A DNA stretch of 64,000 bases from assembly GCA_019923655.1 (NCBI GenBank), contig JAHXGL010000001.1, forward strand, positions 3,653-67,652, read 5' to 3'. The DNA comes from Candidatus Nealsonbacteria bacterium. Lineage in GTDB: Bacteria; Patescibacteriota; Minisyncoccia; Minisyncoccales; RBG-13-42-11. The position numbers and the translations under genes were made by a program. Positions 55,107 through 62,647 of the stretch are shown one piece after another; positions within the stretch are counted from its first letter, which is position 1, and the number at the start of each line of letters is the position of its first letter. The notes beneath the pieces were generated by a model. That model made no database searches. It was not told the DNA's origin and saw only the letters and a program-made list of their open reading frames with translations.

Positions 55107-55712
55107 ATGATTTTAGGGGTAAAAAAACTTTTAGAGCTGGTTAAAAAAAAGCCCAGCACCAGAGCGAAGCTCGGTGCTGGACCAGTCCCGCACCGAAACA
55201 AAGTTTCTGGTGCGGGGAAATTGGTTGAAAATTTGTCTGAAAGAGAACTGAAGAGTCCTGAAGGGGCGGGCTTTGATTTAAGAATAGGCCAGTTATACCA
55301 AATCAAAGGGAAAGGATTTTTAGGGACCGAAGAAAGAGAGACGCCGAAAATGGAATTAATGGCAAAATATGAAGAAGGAAAAATTACAAAGGTATGTTTA
55401 GAACCCGGGACATATTACTCAATGAAAACAGTTGAGGAAGTTAATATGCCGAACAATCTTTTAGCCATAATGACTCCGCGCTCTACTTTATTTCGCTCCG
55501 GAGTTTACATTTTTGGCGGTCAAACTCCGCCCGGATATAAAGGCGGCTTGACAATGGGTATTTATAATTTTAGAAACGAGAAATTTGAGTTGGAAATGGG
55601 TTCGCGAGTTGTCCATATTATGTTTTTTGAAGTAAAGGGAAACACAAATTTATACCGCGGCCAATGGCAAGGCGGTCGAGTTGCCACAAAAAAGAAAGAA
55701 AAACAAATCTAA
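55107..55712 (+). CDS. dCTP deaminase/dUTPase-superfamily protein (second copy) with a 22-codon GC-rich insertion near the N-terminus
   Basis: MILGVKKLLELV N-terminus parallels dcd; GFDLRIG, TPRSTLFRSG, PPGYKGGLTMG. Confidence 0.8.
   Translation: MILGVKKLLELVKKKPSTRAKLGAGPVPHRNKVSGAGKLVENLSERELKSPEGAGFDLRIGQLYQIKGKGFLGTEERETPKMELMAKYEEGKITKVCLEPGTYYSMKTVEEVNMPNNLLAIMTPRSTLFRSGVYIFGGQTPPGYKGGLTMGIYNFRNEKFELEMGSRVVHIMFFEVKGNTNLYRGQWQGGRVATKKKEKQI
55151..55217. repeat. Two adjacent GC-rich hairpins (CCAGCACC.GAGC-GAA-GCTCGGTGCTGG and CCCGCACC-N13-GGTGCGGG), 66-67 nt in total, in frame
   Basis: Read directly; encodes PSTRAKLGAGPVPHRNKVSGAG. Confidence 0.85.
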
Positions 55713-55718
55713 AAATCT

Positions 55719-55748
55719 TTGACATATTAGACACCGAGTGTCTAACAT
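55719..55748 (+). promoter_or_regulatory. TTGACA -35 box followed by the palindrome ATaTTAGACAC-CGA-GTGTCTAACAT (contains a TAACAT -10-like hexamer 18 nt after the -35)
   Basis: Read directly, upstream of the orphan ORF. Confidence 0.5.
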
Positions 55749-55788
55749 ACATTTATCTATTAATCTATTAAAGGAAAGGAAAAAAACT

Positions 55789-56568
55789 ATGTTAGAAAAA
55801 TTTAAAGGCGAGGTTCCATTACAGGGAAAAGAGATTTCACCACAAGAAAAAATTGAAGGGGTTGAGCAGCCGAAAATTTCTGAACACCTCTCATTTTTGG
55901 AAAAATCTGTTCATCGATATAGGGGACTGGATCAATCTAAGACAGAACAGCTATTTCGTAATGCTTTTGAAAAATTGCCTAAAAGTAAGCAAAAAACAAT
56001 TTCATTGGAACTCCAAGCTCTTGGTATTGAAATTGACACACTTGAAAAACAAGATATTGAAATTTCGCCTGTCTGGCGATCAGAAATAAGCAATCGTATT
56101 TTAGGCGCCATAGAGAAGAGTGGAGTGGTGGCGAGCGCCAAAGAGGGCGGAGTTGATAGAACAAGAAAACAAGTGGGTGAAGTAGCAGAGAAAGCAGCGG
56201 CTTATTTGATTGAATATGAAACGTTTGCGCAAAGCGTCAAGGATAAATCAGGCAACACGAAAAAAAGCGTAGAATATCTGTTGGCTATATCTTCCGGTAT
56301 TAAACAAGAGCTTGGGCGATTGCAATTAACCGATGTGTCTTCCGCTCAATCGCAAAATGAATTAAAAGATGAGCGCGAGGCGCGATATCCTGTTATTACA
56401 AACGTTTCTTATTTTTACCGCGATATTGATAACGCAATTTATATGGAAGGTCTTATCGGATTTTCTACCCTCAATAAACTCTTAAAAGAATTTTGTTCCG
56501 CCAAGGAATATTTAGAAAAGACTGTTTTACAAACCAAGGCAAAAAAGGCAAAAAGGGCAAAAAAGTGA
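55789..56568 (+). CDS. Hypothetical soluble protein (259 aa) with a Lys-rich C-terminus
   Basis: The ATG at 55789 is preceded by AAGGAAAGGA; the track start at 55738 lies inside the palindrome. Confidence 0.55.
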   Translation: MLEKFKGEVPLQGKEISPQEKIEGVEQPKISEHLSFLEKSVHRYRGLDQSKTEQLFRNAFEKLPKSKQKTISLELQALGIEIDTLEKQDIEISPVWRSEISNRILGAIEKSGVVASAKEGGVDRTRKQVGEVAEKAAAYLIEYETFAQSVKDKSGNTKKSVEYLLAISSGIKQELGRLQLTDVSSAQSQNELKDEREARYPVITNVSYFYRDIDNAIYMEGLIGFSTLNKLLKEFCSAKEYLEKTVLQTKAKKAKRAKK

Positions 56569-56595
56569 CATGTTAGACACCGAGTGTCTAACATG
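56565..56595 (+). promoter_or_regulatory. GTGACA followed by the perfect 27-nt palindrome CATGTTAGACAC-CGA-GTGTCTAACATG, upstream of tmk
   Basis: Read directly; a TATAAT hexamer also occurs at 56618-56623, 6 nt before the tmk ATG. Confidence 0.5.
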
Positions 56596-56629
56596 CATTG
56601 TTTTAATAAAAATTTAGTATAATTTAACC

Positions 56630-57205
56630 ATGCAAAAGAATCCTTACTCTGGGAAATTTATTGCTTTTGAGGGTTTAGATGGTTCTGGTCAAAGCACCCA
56701 GGCCAATGTTTTGAAAGATTTTTTGACTGAAACAGGCAATCAGGCCTTTTTAACCAAAGAGCCAACTAATAATATTATTGGCGGGCTTATTCGGGGTCAG
56801 TTGACCAATAACTGGAAGACCGACCCTAAGTGCTTGCAATTGCTTTTTTCTGCGGACAGAGCTTTTTATTTAGAAAAAGAGGTAATCCCCTTATTAGAAA
56901 AAGGGATTACAGTGATTACCGACCGTTATTTTTTATCAACCATTGCTTACGGCGCTGTAGAAATAGAGGATGTAGATTGGTTGATTGAGATTAATAAGCT
57001 TTTTATTCTGCCAGATATTACTTTTCTAATAAAGGTTTCTCCAAAAATTTGTCTTGAAAGAATAAGGGAAACTCGTTTCCACATTGAACTTTTTGAAAAA
57101 GAACAAGCTCTTTTGCAGGTTTGGCAAAATTATGAAAGCATTGCTAAAAGATTTGAAAATATTTATATTATAGATGGAGAAAAAACAATTAAAGAAGTTT
57201 TTTGA
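56630..57205 (+). CDS. tmk: Thymidylate (dTMP) kinase
   Basis: GKFIAFEGLDGSGQSTQ P-loop; DRYFLSTIAYG. Confidence 0.92.
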   Translation: MQKNPYSGKFIAFEGLDGSGQSTQANVLKDFLTETGNQAFLTKEPTNNIIGGLIRGQLTNNWKTDPKCLQLLFSADRAFYLEKEVIPLLEKGITVITDRYFLSTIAYGAVEIEDVDWLIEINKLFILPDITFLIKVSPKICLERIRETRFHIELFEKEQALLQVWQNYESIAKRFENIYIIDGEKTIKEVF

Positions 57206-57245
57206 AGAAATTAAAAGCATTCTTGAGGAGTGCCGATAATATTTG

Positions 57246-59228
57246 ATGATTTCTAAAACCGATCCAAAAATTTACAATTTAATCAAAAAAGAAATTATTC
57301 GCCAAAAAAACGGCTTGTCTTTAATTGCTTCTGAAAATTTTGCCAGCCAAGCTGTTTTAGAAGCAATGGGGACTGGCTTAAGCAATAAATATTCTGAAGG
57401 GTATCCGGGAAAGAGGTATTATGGCGGCAATGAATTTATTGACCAAATTGAAACAATAGCCATTGAACGGGCTAAAAAATTGTTCAAGGCGGAACATGCC
57501 AATGTTCAGCCCCATTCCGGCTCTCAAGCAAATGCCGCGGTTTATCTGGCGCTCCTAAATTACCGAGACAAAATTTTAGGCATTGATTTGTCAGCTGGCG
57601 GGCATTTGACCCATGGCTCTCTGGTTAATTTTTCCGGCCAGCTCTATAATTTTTCTTATTATGGCGTAGATTCTAAAACAGAAAAAGTTGACATAAGAGA
57701 AGTGGAGAAAATAGCTTTAAGGTTTTTACCAAAATTAATTATTGTAAGCACGACTGCTTATTCCCGGATACTTGAATTCAGAAAATTCAGAAAGATTGCC
57801 GATAAAGTAAAGTCCTATTTAATGGCTGATATTGCTCATATTGCCGGCTTGGTAACAGCCGGCCTTCATCCGCATCCTTTTCCTTATTGCGATGTGGTAA
57901 CGACCACTACTCATAAAACATTAAGAGGTCCTCGCGGCGGATTGATTTTATCTAAAATCAAAGACAGAATAGACCCAAGAGGGAAAATGAATTTAGCTCA
58001 GAAAATTGATAAAGCGGTTTTTCCGGGAATACAGGGAGGGCCATTAGACCATGTTATTGCCGCCAAAGCAGTTTGTTTTTTGGAAGCAATGAAGCCATCT
58101 TTCAAAAAATATCAAAAACAGATTATTTTGAACGCCAAAGCAATGGCTGATGAGTTTCAAAAACAAGGGATTAGAGTGGTTAGCGACGGGACAGACAATC
58201 ATTTAATGGTTATAGATATTTCTCCTTTTAATGTTGGTTCTAAACTAATTCAGGATGAATTGGATAAAGTCGGCATTTATGTTAATCGCAACGCTATTCC
58301 TTTTGACAAAAGACCGCCTTACAATCCTTCAGGAATCAGATTGGGTTCGCCAACCATAACAACCATGGGCTTAAGAGAAAAAGAATGTCGGCAGGTAGTG
58401 AAATTAATTGTTGCTCTAATAAAAAATATAGAAACACAGAAAATAAAAACAGAGATCAAGAAAGAGGTAAAGAAATTGGTTAAAAATTATAGAAATTGTC
58501 AAAAACGCAGTTTTAGATTAAAGAGTATCAAAATGAAAAACATTGCTAAGATTATTGACCAAACTTTTCTAAAAAAAGGAGCACTAGATGAAGAAATAAA
58601 GAAAATTGCCGAGGAAGCAAAAGAGTATAATTTTCGGGCATTTTGCGTTCTTCCGGAGCATACTGAATTAGCCAAAGAAATACTTAAACATACTGATGTC
58701 AAGGTAACTACCCTGATTGACGAACCAACAGGGGCAAGTCCTACTGAACAAAGAAAAAAAATGGTTAACAAAGCTAAAATAGATGGCAGTGATGAAATAG
58801 AATTGGTAATGAAAATAGATGATTTCAAAAATAAGAAATATAAAGAGGTTTTAGAGGACTTAGAAGAACTCTGTCCAATTCTGCCAACGAAAGTAATTAT
58901 TGGCTCGGGTTATTTGACTGATCAAGAGATAAAAAAGGCGTCAGAAATGACCAAACAAGCCAAAGCAATTTGTGTTAAAACCGCTACTGTGGATGACCCT
59001 TTGGACAGTTCAGAATTAAAAGAAAAAGCTAAACACATCAGAATAATGAAGGAAACAGCTCCTGGTTTACTAATAAAAGCGTCTGGAGCAGTCCGAACTT
59101 TAGCTGACTTAGAAATAATGCTCGCGGCCGGCGCTGATATTATTGGCACAAGCTCGGGCAAGGAAATAGTAGATGAGGCCCATGGAAAAGAGGTAAAAGA
59201 AACAAAAGACAATAGAATAGTGGAATAA
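57246..59228 (+). CDS. glyA: Serine hydroxymethyltransferase fused in frame to a DeoC-type (deoxyribose-phosphate aldolase family) domain
   Basis: SHMT: LIASENF, YSEGYPGKRYYGG, TTTTHKTLRGPRGG (PLP Lys). There is no stop codon before the DeoC-like domain, which begins at the internal ATG 58533: IDQTFLK..., VKT(A), IKASGAVRT...GADIIGTSSG. Confidence 0.85.
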   Translation: MISKTDPKIYNLIKKEIIRQKNGLSLIASENFASQAVLEAMGTGLSNKYSEGYPGKRYYGGNEFIDQIETIAIERAKKLFKAEHANVQPHSGSQANAAVYLALLNYRDKILGIDLSAGGHLTHGSLVNFSGQLYNFSYYGVDSKTEKVDIREVEKIALRFLPKLIIVSTTAYSRILEFRKFRKIADKVKSYLMADIAHIAGLVTAGLHPHPFPYCDVVTTTTHKTLRGPRGGLILSKIKDRIDPRGKMNLAQKIDKAVFPGIQGGPLDHVIAAKAVCFLEAMKPSFKKYQKQIILNAKAMADEFQKQGIRVVSDGTDNHLMVIDISPFNVGSKLIQDELDKVGIYVNRNAIPFDKRPPYNPSGIRLGSPTITTMGLREKECRQVVKLIVALIKNIETQKIKTEIKKEVKKLVKNYRNCQKRSFRLKSIKMKNIAKIIDQTFLKKGALDEEIKKIAEEAKEYNFRAFCVLPEHTELAKEILKHTDVKVTTLIDEPTGASPTEQRKKMVNKAKIDGSDEIELVMKIDDFKNKKYKEVLEDLEELCPILPTKVIIGSGYLTDQEIKKASEMTKQAKAICVKTATVDDPLDSSELKEKAKHIRIMKETAPGLLIKASGAVRTLADLEIMLAAGADIIGTSSGKEIVDEAHGKEVKETKDNRIVE

Positions 59229-59232
59229 ATCT

Positions 59233-60756
59233 ATGTATAAACCAACTCTAGGCATTGAGGCACACGTACAACTCAAGACAAAATCAAAAATGTTTTGTAG
59301 TTGTAGAAATAATCCTAATGAGCGTCATCCTAACGTCCTAATCTGTCCAACTTGCCTTGGACATCCGGGAACTCTTCCGGTTATCAATCAAGAGGCGGTC
59401 AGAAAAACGATAAAAACCGGTTTGGCTTTGAATTGCCAAATTCCCGAATATTCAAAATTTGACAGGAAAAATTATTTTTATCCTGATTTGCCAAAGGGCT
59501 ATCAGATTTCTCAATTGTATGAGCCATTTTGCAAGAATGGATTTTTGGAAATTAATGGAAAAAAAATAAGAATTCGGGAAGCGCACCTTGAAGAAGATAC
59601 CGGTAAATTGATTCACCCTAAAGGCGCTGATTATTCTTTGGTGGATTTTAATCGGGCCGGAATTCCTTTGATGGAGTTAGTTACTGAACCGGATATTACT
59701 TCAGCCAAAGAAGCAAGAAAGTTTGCTGAAGAGCTTCAGCTTATTTTAAGATACCTTGATGTTTCAAATGCTGATATGGAAAAAGGAGAGCTAAGAATTG
59801 AGGTAAATATATCTTTAACAAAAACAAGCAAATTAGGGACAAAAGTAGAAATAAAAAACATTAACTCTTTTCGCGCAGTAGAAAAGGGGATTGATTACGA
59901 AATTAAAAGACAGGCGAAAATTCTGAACAGCGGAACTAAAGTCATTCAGGAGACCAGGGGTTGGCATGATGCCAAAAAACGCACTTTTAGCCAAAGAAAA
60001 AAAGAGGAAACACATGATTACCGATATTTTCCAGAACCGGATTTGCCGTTGCTGCGAATCGCTAAAGAATTTATTCATCAAATTAAAGCTGAAATTCCGG
60101 AGCTGCCGCAGCAGAGAAGAGAGCGATTCAAAAAAGAATATGAAATAGAGGATAAAGACATAGAAATTTTTGTCTACAATAAAAAACTCGGAGAATATTT
60201 TGAAAAAGCGGCATCAGAACTTATAAATTGGGTCAAAGAAACGGAAAGAAAAAATAGCGTAGAAAAAGATGAATTTACTAAATTAGTTAAACTCTGCTCA
60301 AATTATATAATTAGTGATTTACAAGGATTAATAAAGAAAACCCCCTACCACTTTTTTGAGAAAAAAGAAGGGGGGTTGATTACTCCGGAAAATTTCGCTG
60401 AATTTGCGTGTTTGATTTATAAAGACAAAATTTCAAGTAAAATCGCAAAAATGGTTCTCTCTGAAATGTTCTTGACCGGGGCTGATCCTTCTCAAATTAT
60501 TGAAGAAAAGGAATTAACCCAAATTGCGAATGTTAAAGAACTCGCAAAAATTATAAAAGAAGTGCTTTCTAAAAACCCAAAGCCGGTTCAAGATTATAAA
60601 AAAGGAAAACAAAACGCCTTCCAATTTTTAATCGGCCAAATAATGGCACAGAGCAAAGGAAAAGCAAATCCTCAAATAGTCCGTAAACTGCTTCTCCGCA
60701 GAATGAGTGAGGCAACGGTCACGGGAATGATAACCAAAGAATCAACAGGGCTTTAA
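59233..60756 (+). CDS. gatB: Asp/Glu-tRNA(Asn/Gln) amidotransferase subunit B
   Basis: GIEAHVQL.T.SKMFC.C, CPTCLGHPGTLPV, NRAG.PL.E.V..PD. Confidence 0.93.
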   Translation: MYKPTLGIEAHVQLKTKSKMFCSCRNNPNERHPNVLICPTCLGHPGTLPVINQEAVRKTIKTGLALNCQIPEYSKFDRKNYFYPDLPKGYQISQLYEPFCKNGFLEINGKKIRIREAHLEEDTGKLIHPKGADYSLVDFNRAGIPLMELVTEPDITSAKEARKFAEELQLILRYLDVSNADMEKGELRIEVNISLTKTSKLGTKVEIKNINSFRAVEKGIDYEIKRQAKILNSGTKVIQETRGWHDAKKRTFSQRKKEETHDYRYFPEPDLPLLRIAKEFIHQIKAEIPELPQQRRERFKKEYEIEDKDIEIFVYNKKLGEYFEKAASELINWVKETERKNSVEKDEFTKLVKLCSNYIISDLQGLIKKTPYHFFEKKEGGLITPENFAEFACLIYKDKISSKIAKMVLSEMFLTGADPSQIIEEKELTQIANVKELAKIIKEVLSKNPKPVQDYKKGKQNAFQFLIGQIMAQSKGKANPQIVRKLLLRRMSEATVTGMITKESTGL

Positions 60757-61689
60757 GAAGTTTCTAACTAATTTGGCGGCTTCTGGCTGTTTTTTTATCC
60801 ATTTAATTCGTTTATCGTGTTTAAACCAAGCCATTTGACGTTTGACAAGTTGTCTTGTATGAAGAGCGATTAAATCTTTAACTTTGTCTTTATCAATCTT
60901 GCCGCTAAACCCGGTTAAATGTTTACTATTTAGCGGGGTGAAATACTCTTTCCATTCTTGATAACCGATTGTTTGGAAGGCCGGAACCCAGCCGTGCGTA
61001 GCAACTAAATTTGCTACTTCTTTTTCCAATCCTAAATTAACCATTTTTTTTACCCTTTTCTCAATTCTTTTTTCGGTTTCTTGTTCTGATAATTTTATTC
61101 CCAATATCAGAAAAGGATAAGGAAAAGGTTTTTTAGAAACCAAAGGTATTGGCTTTTTTGTTTTTATAATAATTTCCAATGCCCTGACTAATCGCCTTTT
61201 ATTTTGGTTTTCAATTGTTTTTGCTCTGTTTGGGTCAAGTTTTTTTAATTTATTAAACAATTCTTCTGCTGGTTTTGGTTCTAATTTGGCTCTTAATTTC
61301 CAGTCCGGTTCAACTTTGGGAATTGTTAAGCCGTCAATAATCGCTTTAATATAAAACCCTGTTCCGCCGCAAAGAATAGGAATTTTGCGTTTTTTGAAAA
61401 TTTTGCGTATTGCCGCGAGCGCCAATTTGGTATATTGAATTACGGTAAATATCTTAACTGGCGAAACCACATCAATACAATAATGAGGAACTTCTTGGTG
61501 GGTAAACGCATGCGTCAAAGAATTTGGTGTATCAGGGGCAATCTTTCCCGTTCCAATATCCATTCCTTTATATATCTGTCTGGAGTCGGCTGAAACAATC
61601 TCACCATTGAATTTCTTAGCGAGTTTTATTGCCAGTTCTGATTTTCCAACAGCGGTTGGCCCTAAGATGACAATAAGTTTCTTAAGCAT
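60742..61689 (-). CDS. miaA: tRNA dimethylallyltransferase
   Basis: ILGPTAVGKSELAIKLA, SADSRQIYKGMDIGTGK. Confidence 0.93.
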   Translation of the reverse strand: MLKKLIVILGPTAVGKSELAIKLAKKFNGEIVSADSRQIYKGMDIGTGKIAPDTPNSLTHAFTHQEVPHYCIDVVSPVKIFTVIQYTKLALAAIRKIFKKRKIPILCGGTGFYIKAIIDGLTIPKVEPDWKLRAKLEPKPAEELFNKLKKLDPNRAKTIENQNKRRLVRALEIIIKTKKPIPLVSKKPFPYPFLILGIKLSEQETEKRIEKRVKKMVNLGLEKEVANLVATHGWVPAFQTIGYQEWKEYFTPLNSKHLTGFSGKIDKDKVKDLIALHTRQLVKRQMAWFKHDKRIKWIKKQPEAAKLVRNFLKPC

Positions 61690-62630
61690 TTGGTTCTTCT
61701 TTTTTTTTCTTCTAAGGGGACATTGTCTTTCATTTTGAAGGCGGCTGTTCCCGGACGGGGAGAGTATTTGGAAATATAAGCCGCGTTGAATTTAATTTCT
61801 TTAAATAATTTGACGGTGCGTTCAAACTGTTTTTTAGTTTCTCCTGGGAAGCCGACAATAATGTCAGTTGATAATCTGATGTCAGGAATTTTTTTGCGAA
61901 TTCTGGCAACTAAATTTTTGTATTGCTGGACTGTGTAAGGCCTGTTCATTCTTTTTAAGATATCATCATCTCCTGATTGAACCGGCAAATTGAGATGCTT
62001 AATGATTTTAGTAGATTTAGCCATAACATCAATTAACTGAGCGGAAAAGTCCTTGGGATGACTGGTTAAAAAAGTTATTTTGAAATTTCCAGGAAGATTA
62101 TTTATTTTAGTAAGCAGCGTTGAAAAATTAGGATAGCTATTTACATTTTGACCAAGCAGGGTTATTTTTGGACATCCTTTTTTAATCAGCGTAGTTGCTT
62201 CATTAATAATTTCTGCTTCTTTTCTATATTGCTCTCTGCCTCTGGTATATGGAACAACGCAATAAGCGCAAAAATTATTACAGCCCTCCATAATTGGAAC
62301 AAAGCATTCAGGATAAATAATTTTTGGCTCTATCTTAAATAAATCTTTAAAATCTATAATTTCGCACTTGTTTTTTTTTAATTTGGTTCTGTCTTGTTTT
62401 AAGATACAGCCGGTAATAATAATTTGCTTGTCTTTTAGGTTTTTAATTTTATTATAAACGCGGTCAACAGCTGATTGTCTGACCGAACACATATTAACCA
62501 CAACAAAAGAGGCTTGCTTTATATTTCTTGCGGGTAGATATCCTTTGCGTTCTAAAACCGTTGCAATCCTTTCAGAATCAGCTTTATTCATTTGACAGCC
62601 ATAGGTGATAATGTGATATTTCATATTCAT
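61662..62630 (-). CDS. miaB: MiaB/RimO-family radical-SAM methylthiotransferase lacking the C-terminal TRAM domain
   Basis: YGCQMN UPF0004 domain and the CNNFCAYCVVPYTRG radical-SAM cluster. 322 aa, ending inside the miaA start region (28-nt overlap). Confidence 0.8.
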   Translation of the reverse strand: MNMKYHIITYGCQMNKADSERIATVLERKGYLPARNIKQASFVVVNMCSVRQSAVDRVYNKIKNLKDKQIIITGCILKQDRTKLKKNKCEIIDFKDLFKIEPKIIYPECFVPIMEGCNNFCAYCVVPYTRGREQYRKEAEIINEATTLIKKGCPKITLLGQNVNSYPNFSTLLTKINNLPGNFKITFLTSHPKDFSAQLIDVMAKSTKIIKHLNLPVQSGDDDILKRMNRPYTVQQYKNLVARIRKKIPDIRLSTDIIVGFPGETKKQFERTVKLFKEIKFNAAYISKYSPRPGTAAFKMKDNVPLEEKKRRTKCLRNLLSS

Positions 62631-62647
62631 TGTTCATTGTTGATGCT

